A stretch of 64,000 bases of DNA, from assembly GCA_043821645.1 (NCBI GenBank), contig JBDRCO010000070.1:42425-106424 (forward strand), written 5' to 3'. Shown here one piece after another: positions 8,963-19,741 of this stretch. Within the stretch, counting starts at the first letter, position 1; each line of letters opens with the position of its first letter. The notes under the pieces are model-generated. The model worked only from the letters and a program-made list of their open reading frames with translations, ran no database searches and was not told the DNA's origin. This stretch comes from Pseudomonadota bacterium (GTDB lineage: Bacteria; Myxococcota; JACRCW01; JAFGSX01). The translations under genes and the position numbers were made by a program.

Positions 8963-9934
8963 TCACAGCAGCGCTCGCGCCAGCTTATCCATCAGCCGCT
9001 TGAGTTCGCCATCACGGGGGTGCTTGACCACCGCTCTGCGCACCTGCGTCAGGGCCTCCTGCTGGTGCACCTTGCAGGTCAGGGCATAGCGCCCCAGATC
9101 GGCCACCGCGTCACGGCTGCGCAAGCGATGGGCGCGCGTCTCGAGGTACAACCAGCCGAGCTCGGTCCTGTCCATGCGATGCAGCGAGCGCGCGTACCAC
9201 CAGGCTGCGTCCTTGCCGTGCGGCGTGCTCCCGAAGCGCGCATCGAGTTCCCTGAAGTACTGGCGAGCCTGGCGCGGGTCGCGCTTCACCAGCGCCAGGT
9301 AGCGCCCCATGACGAACAGAGAGCGGTCGGTCACGCCATTACGATTCTCGGGATCGCGTGCCAGAACTTCCTCGAGCAAGGGGAAGCCCCGCCGAGGCTG
9401 GTTGTGGTCAAGCTCGGCCTTGCCCACGCAGAACAGGGCCCGGACATTGCCCCGATCGCGCTCGAGCCTGTGCTGGCAGTCCGTGAGGGGAGAGCGGCCG
9501 TCGAGGAGGGGCGTGAGTTCGCGCTCGTACGCGCGCACGCCGTCGAAAGTCTCGATGCGTCCTATCTCGCTGCCGTCGGGGCGCAGCACCAGGGTGGTGG
9601 GCCAGTCGATCACAGCATAGCGCTGCAGGGTGTCCTGGCTGCCGCCGTCCTCCACCTGCAGCCGCACGGCCAGAGCGCGATCCGAGAGCAAGGATCCGCG
9701 AGCCGTGGACAGGACCTCGCGGTCGAGGCGCTGACAGGATTCGCACTCTGCAGCCAGGACCACCACCAGCACGGCCTGGTGTTCCTGGCGCGCCCGAGCG
9801 AGCACCTTGTCGATGGGGAGTTCTTGAAAAAGCGTGCCGAGGGTCACCAGGGGTGGTGGCGGCTGCCACGCAGGTTCCTCGGCTTGAACGCGCGTCGGAA
9901 CCGAAGCCGCCAGGGAGAACAGAACAGCCCGCAC
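8963..9934 (-). CDS. Exported thioredoxin-fold (CxxC) protein with TPR-like C-terminus
   Basis: VLVVVLAAECESCQRL, cis-Pro motif WPTTLVLRPDG, helical repeats; GTG start approximate. Confidence 0.72.
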   Translation of the reverse strand: MRAVLFSLAASVPTRVQAEEPAWQPPPPLVTLGTLFQELPIDKVLARARQEHQAVLVVVLAAECESCQRLDREVLSTARGSLLSDRALAVRLQVEDGGSQDTLQRYAVIDWPTTLVLRPDGSEIGRIETFDGVRAYERELTPLLDGRSPLTDCQHRLERDRGNVRALFCVGKAELDHNQPRRGFPLLEEVLARDPENRNGVTDRSLFVMGRYLALVKRDPRQARQYFRELDARFGSTPHGKDAAWWYARSLHRMDRTELGWLYLETRAHRLRSRDAVADLGRYALTCKVHQQEALTQVRRAVVKHPRDGELKRLMDKLARALL

Positions 9935-9986
9935 GATGGGCACGGAAGGGGACCGTGGCGCGCGTCCCCCTGCCACCGACACGCAG

Positions 9987-10280
9987 CTACTTGCAGGCAT
10001 CGGCCTGGACCTCGCGGCAGGCGGGTCCGAATTCCGAACATCCGGTGGTGGCGTCGCAGTACGCTGCCGTGAACTCGGTGCCGCTGGCGCAGGCGCAACA
10101 GTAGGCCTTGCACTCCGCCGCCTTGGTGCAGGAGCGACCGAAATCAAGGCCGTCCCGGGTCTCGCACACGCCCACGGTGTACGAGGCCCAGCCATTGTCG
10201 GTCTTCTTGTCGACGGTCTCGGGCTCACAGGCGCTCAGACCGAGCAGGGCGAGGGCGAGGGCAAGAACGACGCTCTTCAT
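9987..10280 (-). CDS. Small Cys-rich lipoprotein
   Basis: Lipobox LSAC followed by about 10 further Cys in ~80 aa. Confidence 0.75.
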   Translation of the reverse strand: MKSVVLALALALLGLSACEPETVDKKTDNGWASYTVGVCETRDGLDFGRSCTKAAECKAYCCACASGTEFTAAYCDATTGCSEFGPACREVQADACK

Positions 10281-10391
10281 GGATTCCCCCGTCGACCTGC
10301 GCGGCGTGCAAGCCCAGGTCTTGCTGCCGGGCGTGTGGGCGTCGGACCTGTGTCCGGCGCGCCTCGGGCAGTGCGACCGCCCGAGGAGAGG

Positions 10392-11882
10392 TCAGCCCTT
10401 GACCACGTCGAGGACCTGCGAAGCCATCTGCAACATCGCCGAGGGCAACATGCCGGTGAGCAAGATCAGCAGGGCCGCGAGGGCCAGACCGACCGCCAGG
10501 AAAGCGCCGCCGCGCCCGTCGAGCTTGGGATGCGGCTCTTTCATGTACATGAAGACCAGCACCCGCAGATAGTAATAGACGCTCACCAGGCTGTTGAGGA
10601 TGCCGATGAAGGCGAGCCAGTACAGCTTGGCGTCGACCACGTTGTAGAACAGGTTGAACTTCGCCAAAAACCCCGCCGTGGGAGGGATCCCCGCGAGCGA
10701 GAACATGAAGACGGTCATGGCCAGACCGATCAAGGGGTAGCGGCGTGCCGCCCCGGACCACTCGTCAAAGGTCGCGCCCTTGCCATCTTCGCGTTCGAGG
10801 AAAGCCACCACGCCGAAGGAGCCCACGGTCATCAGGGCATAGGCCATCAGGTAAAAGCCCACCGCGCCCAGCGCCTCCTGGTGTCCCGCCACCGCCGCCA
10901 CCACACCCGCCAGTGCATAGCCGGCATGCGCGATGGACGAGTAGGCAAGCAGGCGCTTGATGCGCTTCTGCGCCAGGGCGGCCAGGTTGCCCACGCTCAT
11001 GGTGGCCACGGCCACGATCCAGCCCAGGGTGATCCAGCTCTCGCTGCCCGCCCCCGCGCCAGGTCCAAGACCCGCGATGACGACCCGGATCAGGGCCGCG
11101 AAGGCTGCAGCCTTGACCCCGGCTGCCATGAAGGCCGTGGCCGGAGCCGGCGCACCGTCGTAAACGTCTGGCGTCCACATGTGCAGCGGCACGGCCGCGA
11201 TCTTGAAGCCGAGGCCGAGCACCACCATGGCGAAGCCAGCGACCACCAGCGGCTGGTTGGCGACGGCGCCGCCCCGCAGCATGGGGCCAATGGCCTGGAT
11301 GCTGGTCACACCGCTGGCGCCGTACAGCAGCGCCATGCCGAACAGCAGGATCGCTGCCGCAAAGGCACCGTTGAGGAAGTACTTGAGCGCAGCCTCGGGG
11401 CTGCGGCTGTTGTCGCGATCCAGTCCCGTGAGCACGTACACGCCCACCGACATGGTCTCGAGAGCGACGAACAGGAACAGGAAGTCTGCGGCCTGGGCCA
11501 GGGCCACCATGCCCGCGGAGGCGAAGGCGATGATGGCGTAGTACTCGCCGCGCTCGATGTCGCGGGCGCGCAGCCAGGCCACCGCGACCATCACCGCCAG
11601 TGCGGCGCCGACACAGATGACCGCGCCGAAGAACAGTCCAAAGCGATCCACCCTCAGCGCACCGTGAAACACGCTGTGCGGCGCGCCGGTGCCAGAGAAC
11701 TGCACCAGCATCCATGCCCCGGCGGCGAGCAAGCCGAGCACGGTCAGGATGGCGATGTGACCCCGCGGCGTCGTCTTGCGCGCGCCCACCGGGACCCCGG
11801 CAACCTCAAGCATCAGTGCCAGACAGCCGGTCAGGGTCAAGATCACCAGAGGCCCGATGGCCGTGACTTCCTGGACGCTCAT
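10392..11882 (-). CDS. nuoN: NADH-quinone oxidoreductase subunit N
   Basis: GEYY, EAALKYF, FKIAAVPLHMWTPDVYDGAP, KRLLAYSSIAHAGY, AGIPPTAGF. Confidence 0.96.
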   Translation of the reverse strand: MSVQEVTAIGPLVILTLTGCLALMLEVAGVPVGARKTTPRGHIAILTVLGLLAAGAWMLVQFSGTGAPHSVFHGALRVDRFGLFFGAVICVGAALAVMVAVAWLRARDIERGEYYAIIAFASAGMVALAQAADFLFLFVALETMSVGVYVLTGLDRDNSRSPEAALKYFLNGAFAAAILLFGMALLYGASGVTSIQAIGPMLRGGAVANQPLVVAGFAMVVLGLGFKIAAVPLHMWTPDVYDGAPAPATAFMAAGVKAAAFAALIRVVIAGLGPGAGAGSESWITLGWIVAVATMSVGNLAALAQKRIKRLLAYSSIAHAGYALAGVVAAVAGHQEALGAVGFYLMAYALMTVGSFGVVAFLEREDGKGATFDEWSGAARRYPLIGLAMTVFMFSLAGIPPTAGFLAKFNLFYNVVDAKLYWLAFIGILNSLVSVYYYLRVLVFMYMKEPHPKLDGRGGAFLAVGLALAALLILLTGMLPSAMLQMASQVLDVVKG

Positions 11883-13765
11883 GGCTGCACCCCCTTGACG
11901 GGAGGAGACTTGAGTTTGTTCTTGGTACGCAGCGCAGCCTCCGGCGGTGTGGCCCCAGGGCCGGTGCGCACAGCCTGTGGTCGCTGATCCCGGGCGGTGG
12001 CCTGAACGCCAGCCGTCGTCGGATCGAGATGCGCGCGCTCGGCCTGCTCCCGCGGCGCGGGCAGAGGCTTCCCGCGGGCCTCGTCGAGGGTACGCGGAAT
12101 CGTCCCGAAGGGACGCAGCGGCTTGATCACCGGCATGTCTCCCTTGCGACGGCCCGGATCGACCGGCCTGGCAGCCCCGGCCACAGCCGCGGGAGCCTGG
12201 TGCTGGGCGTCAGCCCGGTGCATGTGGGAGCGCAGTTGCACATCGGCCACGGCAGCCTGCACCGAAGGCTCGATGCGCTGCAGGAACCAGCCCGGCACCA
12301 CACCCATGACCACGGCGAGCACGACCAGCGGTGCGAACACCACGCCCTCGCGCAGGGTCATGTCCTTGAGGTCCTGGTTGAGCGGGTTGCTCAGGGGACC
12401 GAAGAACACGCGCCGGAACATCCACAGCAGATAGACCGCAGCCAGGATTACGCCCGAGGCACCGATGAGCGCGAGCCAGCGGCCCGAACCGGGACCGAGG
12501 GTGGTGACGTCGAAGGTCGTCGATCCAAAGGTGCCGATGAGGATGAGGAACTCACCCACGAAGCCATTGAGGCCGGGCAGACCGATGGACGACAGAGAGA
12601 TCAGCAGGAACACCGTCGCGATGATGGGGATCACGCGCGCCACGCCGCCGAACTCCGAGATCAGGCGGGTATGACGGCGCTCGTACAGCACGCCGACCAG
12701 GAGGAACAGCGCGCCCGTCGAGATGCCGTGGTTGAGCATCTGGTACACGGCGCCGGTGATGGCCTTGGTCTCGAGGGCGGCGATACCCAGCATGACGAAG
12801 CCAAGGTGACTGATGGACGTGTACGCCACCAGGGCCTTGATGTCCTTCTGCACCATGGCGACGAGAGCGCCATAGATGATGCCGATGAGCGCCAGGATGG
12901 CGATGGGCGGGATGAACCAGTAGCTGGCCTCGGGGAAGATCGGGATGGCGAAGCGCAGGAACCCATAGGTCCCCATCTTGAGCAGCACACCAGCCAGGAT
13001 CACGGAGCCCGCGGTCGGGGCTTGCACATGGGCCAGCGGCAACCAGGTGTGGAAGGGGAACATCGGGACCTTGATGGCGAAGCTCAGCGCGAAGGCCGCA
13101 AACAGGAGCAACTCGGTGCCGATGGGATACGGCGCACGCTGCACGGCCTCGATGAGCACGGGCAGGTCGAAGGTGCGCTCACCCACGACGGGAGCCGTGC
13201 TGTAGATGTAGAGCAGCGCGAACAGCATCATCAAGGAGCCGACCATGGTGTAGACGAAGAACTTGAGCGCGGCGTAGACCCGGTCCTGGTAGCCCCAGAT
13301 GCCGATGAGGAAGTACATCGGGATGAGCATGATCTCCCAGAACAGGTAGAACAGCAGCAGGTCGAGGGACACCAGGGCGCCTAGCATGCCGGTCTCGAGC
13401 AGCAGCATGCAGATGACGAATTCCTTGACGCGATGCTGGATGCTGTTCATGGAGCCAAGCAGGGCAATGGGCGTGAGCAGCGTCGAGAGCAGCAGCAGGA
13501 ACACGCTGATGCCGTCGACACCGATGTGGTAGCCCGCGCCGATGCTGGGGATCCAGCGGTGCCGCTCGACCAGCTGCATGCTGCCCTGGCTGCCGTCGAA
13601 CCAGTACAGGATCGCCAGCGACAGCACGAACACCAGGGTGCTCCAGCCTATGGCGAAGCTCTTGAGCGATCCACGCTCGGCGCGCGGGAACAGCAGCAAA
13701 AAGAGCGCGCCGATGAGGGGCGTGAAGACCACCAGGCTCAGGATGTTGTTCTGCAAGAAGGTCAT
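11879..13765 (-). CDS. nuoM: NADH-quinone oxidoreductase subunit M with a ~120-aa C-terminal extension
   Basis: GVDGIS, FYLFWEIMLIPMY, IKVPMFPFHTWLP.AHVQAPT, GLPGLNGFVGE; ATG at 13765. Confidence 0.96.
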   Translation of the reverse strand: MTFLQNNILSLVVFTPLIGALFLLLFPRAERGSLKSFAIGWSTLVFVLSLAILYWFDGSQGSMQLVERHRWIPSIGAGYHIGVDGISVFLLLLSTLLTPIALLGSMNSIQHRVKEFVICMLLLETGMLGALVSLDLLLFYLFWEIMLIPMYFLIGIWGYQDRVYAALKFFVYTMVGSLMMLFALLYIYSTAPVVGERTFDLPVLIEAVQRAPYPIGTELLLFAAFALSFAIKVPMFPFHTWLPLAHVQAPTAGSVILAGVLLKMGTYGFLRFAIPIFPEASYWFIPPIAILALIGIIYGALVAMVQKDIKALVAYTSISHLGFVMLGIAALETKAITGAVYQMLNHGISTGALFLLVGVLYERRHTRLISEFGGVARVIPIIATVFLLISLSSIGLPGLNGFVGEFLILIGTFGSTTFDVTTLGPGSGRWLALIGASGVILAAVYLLWMFRRVFFGPLSNPLNQDLKDMTLREGVVFAPLVVLAVVMGVVPGWFLQRIEPSVQAAVADVQLRSHMHRADAQHQAPAAVAGAARPVDPGRRKGDMPVIKPLRPFGTIPRTLDEARGKPLPAPREQAERAHLDPTTAGVQATARDQRPQAVRTGPGATPPEAALRTKNKLKSPPVKGVQP

Positions 13766-13797
13766 CGTCAGCCTCCCGGTGTTGCCGGGGTAAAGAA

Positions 13798-15864
<2,067 letters not shown>

Positions 15865-15984
15865 CGCGAAGTCCTCGTTGCTGCCGCAAGGAACCGTTGA
15901 ACATCCTGTCGACGGGAACACCGAACTCCGGCGACCGTCGCTCGACCGCGCCCCCCGGCTGCCGGGGAACGCGGATCCGGGGCC

Positions 15985-16293
15985 CTAGCCCCTGAGCTCG
16001 CGCAATTCGTCCAGGTTGACACTGGCGCGGCGCCGGAACACCGCGACGATGATGGCCAGGCCCACCGCAGCCTCGGCGGCGGCCACGGCCATCACGAAGA
16101 AGGCCACCACGTGTCCGCGCAGATCCCCGTGGACTCGCGCAAAGGCCAGGAAGGCCAGGTTGGCGGCGTTGAGCATGAGCTCGACCGACATGAAGGCCAC
16201 GATGGCATTGCGCCGGGTCAGCACGCCGGCGGCGCCAATGCAGAACAGCACCGTGGCCAGCACCAGGTAGTTGCCGAGGGGTGTGGGATCCAT
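15985..16293 (-). CDS. nuoK: NADH-quinone oxidoreductase subunit K
   Basis: RRN...[23 protein letters not shown]. Confidence 0.96.
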   Translation of the reverse strand: MDPTPLGNYLVLATVLFCIGAAGVLTRRNAIVAFMSVELMLNAANLAFLAFARVHGDLRGHVVAFFVMAVAAAEAAVGLAIIVAVFRRRASVNLDELRELRG

Positions 16294-16412
16294 TCAGAAC
16301 CTCTCTCTCGTCGACCTTCGTCCCCGGGGCGGGTCGCCGGGGTGAGACCAGTCGAGACGTCACCGGGGAAGGGGCGCGACCGCCAGGGGCCGGGCCCGCA
16401 GCCCCGTCGATG

Positions 16413-16901
<489 letters not shown>

Positions 16902-16931
16902 GGGTCCCTCTCGATCATTGAATGCGTGGCG

Positions 16932-16958
16932 CTTGTACCACAGGGCGTCGACGGTCAA
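16932..16958 (-). promoter_or_regulatory. Possible sigma70-type promoter for nuoJKLMN
   Basis: Minus strand reads TTGACC-N15-TACAAG with an extended -10 TG; the spacer is shorter than consensus. Confidence 0.35.
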
Positions 16959-17021
16959 AACACTTTTCGCCGCGATGCGGCATGGGCTGGTGACGACGGG
17001 AGCGCGCGCTCCTGGTAGCCG

Positions 17022-18368
17022 CTACTGGCAGTAGCCGAGGCTGTCGCAGCCCGGGGGGATCCGGCAGGTCTCGCCCGCGTCCTCGCTGCAGCCACCGTCG
17101 GCGTTGCAGGGCCTGGCGCAGGCCTCCGAGATCACGCTGCCGTTGGTCGTGTCGAGCACCACGGCGCAGGTCAGCCCTGCCGTGCAGCCCGCGGACGCGC
17201 AGGCCTGACCCAGCGACGCGGTTCCCGCAAAGTCACAAAACGGCGTGTCGACGCAGGCGGACACGTCCATGGGATAGTAGCAGCTGACAAACTGCGGTGC
17301 CTGCGGGGGGGGGCACGGGCACGCCGGGTTGCACAAGCCCCACCCGCCAGAGGCCGTCGTGCAGGATCCCCCGTCCACGCAATCGTAATTGGTGCGGCAC
17401 AGCCGCATGCACAGAGTAGGGCCGCCTGTGTACGAGGTGCAGGCGTGCCCGGGTTGGCAGGGGTTGATGGTCGCCGACTGGGTGCAGGAGCTAAACGCGA
17501 GCAACGGCGCGCCGGATTGCTGCAGGCAGACACCCTCGGCCAGGGAGGGGTTGGTATACATGCAGGCGCGATCGACACCGCAATCGTCGGGTGTGACTCC
17601 CAGGCGGCAGGCCAGACAGCTTCGCGAGGTGGGATCGCAGTACTTTCTCTGTGCCAGGCAATCCTGGCAGGTGGCCCCGCAGCAGTTCTGCGCGGTACCC
17701 GTGATGCATCCTCCATTGAAACACAGGCGATTGGTGGACGCGCAGTTGTTGTCACATACGCCGCAGTGCTGCGGTGAGGTCCGCGAGTCGAAGCACTGTC
17801 CGCCACAGCAGATCTGCTGGGCCGCGCTGTCGCAGCCCGCCCCGCTGACCGTGTCGCACTGCCCGATGTTGACACAGACGCCCTGCACGCAGTGCTGGGC
17901 TGGCTCGCAGCGGTGGCCACAGGTTCCGCAGTTGTCTCTGTCACCGGCGAGGTCCACACAGACCACGTTGTTCTGAACCGGCACGTGGTCCGCGTCGTAG
18001 AACGGGCAGCAGGACTCGCCCTCGCCACATCCGCCGCAGCAGGTCTGTTCGAAGGTGGTCACCTCGGAGACAGCGACGCAGTAGGCCCCGCACTTGAACT
18101 CGCTGTCCAAGCAGGCCTTACTCTTGGGCTTGCAGTACCCGTCGCTGGCGCAGCGGAAGCCATCGGGGCAGTCCTTGACGCAGACCCGGTCGCGGCAGGT
18201 CCACTTCTTGGACCCCATGATCACGTCGCAGTCGTCGTCCAGCACGCAGGCCACGGCATGCTTTCCGCTAAGCACGCCGCAGTCATAGTACTTCTGCTCG
18301 TCGAACTGCACAGGGCACGAGCCAAGCACCCCGATGCAGAGCGCGGCACCCAGGATCTTGCGGATCAT
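17022..18368 (-). CDS. Cys-rich exported (lipo)protein with DxxNCGxCG/PxHCGxC repeats
   Basis: Lipobox-like LGSC; very high Cys content; DRDNCGTCGHRC and SPQHCGVCDNNC units typical of myxobacterial surface proteins. Confidence 0.78.
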   Translation of the reverse strand: MIRKILGAALCIGVLGSCPVQFDEQKYYDCGVLSGKHAVACVLDDDCDVIMGSKKWTCRDRVCVKDCPDGFRCASDGYCKPKSKACLDSEFKCGAYCVAVSEVTTFEQTCCGGCGEGESCCPFYDADHVPVQNNVVCVDLAGDRDNCGTCGHRCEPAQHCVQGVCVNIGQCDTVSGAGCDSAAQQICCGGQCFDSRTSPQHCGVCDNNCASTNRLCFNGGCITGTAQNCCGATCQDCLAQRKYCDPTSRSCLACRLGVTPDDCGVDRACMYTNPSLAEGVCLQQSGAPLLAFSSCTQSATINPCQPGHACTSYTGGPTLCMRLCRTNYDCVDGGSCTTASGGWGLCNPACPCPPPQAPQFVSCYYPMDVSACVDTPFCDFAGTASLGQACASAGCTAGLTCAVVLDTTNGSVISEACARPCNADGGCSEDAGETCRIPPGCDSLGYCQ

Positions 18369-19507
18369 GGCTGCACCTCACCGCCCGAGCCTGCAGGCGC
18401 CTGCAACTCGCGCACTTCGAACTCCTCCGAGGGCAAAAAGAACAGCACCACCGTGGCCACGAACAGCGCACCTGTGGCGTACATCCCGACATTCGCTGCC
18501 GTGGCCAGGTACGGTCCCACCGCCGTGGAGGTGGAGACAGTCCCCGCGTCCGTGCCTCCATTGTCCGAGGCTGGACGCGTCTTCTCCTGCATCAGCACCC
18601 AGCTCATGCCATAGGTGCCACCGACGGCACCGAGGGTCACCAGACCTGCCACGCCGGTGAGCGCGGCGCTCGTCCACGCCAGTCCACGCCACAGCGTCAT
18701 GTGCTTCTCGACATACTTGACCTTGTTCGGATCCCCCTGGGAGACGACCTGTTTGGGTCTCGGGATGGGCTTCTGACCCGCCGTGGCGTCCCCCATCTCG
18801 AGCCGTCGCGCCATCCACTGCGTGAAGAACACCACCTCGTCATCGATGCCATTGAAGGTGTCGGTCACCCGTCGCACCACCTTGAGGTCCACGAGGTTGA
18901 TCTTCTTGAGCGATAGCAGCGTGCTCTCGCCCATCTTGGAGACCGATCCGGTGACCAGGAAGTCCACACCCAGGGCTCCTCCCAGCTCGGCCAGGCAACT
19001 CTCCTCGCCGCAGCCCAGGAGCTGCTTCTCGGCCTCGAAGGAGATCATCGAGCGGATGTCTGCTCGCGACATGACCTCGCACTTCGAGCGCTGCCCGATC
19101 TCCGTGGCCAGAGCATCGGTCAGGGCCTCGACGCCCTTCTCGGTGAATCCATCGCCTGCCTTGAGGTCGAGCACCGCGATCTTGCAGGTTCTCGCGACGG
19201 CGGGCGGCGGTATCGGCTTCGGTGCCGGGCTGGCCACGGGCTGTGGTGCAGGCACCGGTGACGGCAGCACAGGCATCGAGGCGGGCTCGCTCTGGGCTGG
19301 CGCGGACTCCGGGCTCTCCTCGACGACCGCTTCCACGGCTGAGGCAGACGCCGTGTCGTCGGCAAGGACGGGAGGCACAGGCGCGTCCGTCCCGGCCGAG
19401 GGCAGGTTGTGCTCCGACGTCGCGTCGGGATCTGGCGCCTCGACAAGAGGTGGAGCCTGCGCGGGGACCTGCACGAGCTGCAGCGCCAGGATCAGCACTG
19501 GGAACAT
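18365..19507 (-). CDS. Exported Pro-rich protein with a TolB_N/CsgG-like domain and C-terminal hydrophobic segments
   Basis: GGAGG RBS and ATG 19507; Pro/Ala linker; KIAVLDL...CGEESCLAELGGALGVDFLVTGSV; ATGA overlap with the next gene. Confidence 0.7.
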   Translation of the reverse strand: MFPVLILALQLVQVPAQAPPLVEAPDPDATSEHNLPSAGTDAPVPPVLADDTASASAVEAVVEESPESAPAQSEPASMPVLPSPVPAPQPVASPAPKPIPPPAVARTCKIAVLDLKAGDGFTEKGVEALTDALATEIGQRSKCEVMSRADIRSMISFEAEKQLLGCGEESCLAELGGALGVDFLVTGSVSKMGESTLLSLKKINLVDLKVVRRVTDTFNGIDDEVVFFTQWMARRLEMGDATAGQKPIPRPKQVVSQGDPNKVKYVEKHMTLWRGLAWTSAALTGVAGLVTLGAVGGTYGMSWVLMQEKTRPASDNGGTDAGTVSTSTAVGPYLATAANVGMYATGALFVATVVLFFLPSEEFEVRELQAPAGSGGEVQP

Positions 19508-19573
19508 GTCCCCTCCATGACGTCCGGAGAGGTTCGGCAACTCCAGATCCGGACGCGGTGAAAATGTTCGAGC

Positions 19574-19602
19574 AGAATCGACCGGCTCTGATTCCTTGTC
19601 AA
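19574..19602 (-). promoter_or_regulatory. Putative sigma70 promoter for the 19507/18368 genes
   Basis: Minus strand TTGACA-N17-GATTCT. Confidence 0.4.
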
Positions 19603-19648
19603 ACACGCACCGTGTGAGAGGCGAGCCCCGCGGGTCCGTCCGTGCGCG

Positions 19649-19678
19649 TTGACCCCGTGCCTCGGACTGCTCTACGCT
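19649..19678 (+). promoter_or_regulatory. Putative sigma70 promoter for sctV
   Basis: TTGACC-N18-TACGCT, about 65 bp upstream of ATG 19742. Confidence 0.45.
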
Positions 19679-19741
19679 CCCCTGTCCTGCCAGGAATCGC
19701 GATGCAGCGGCTCGTCAGAGCCGGGCACGAGGGACGGGTTC

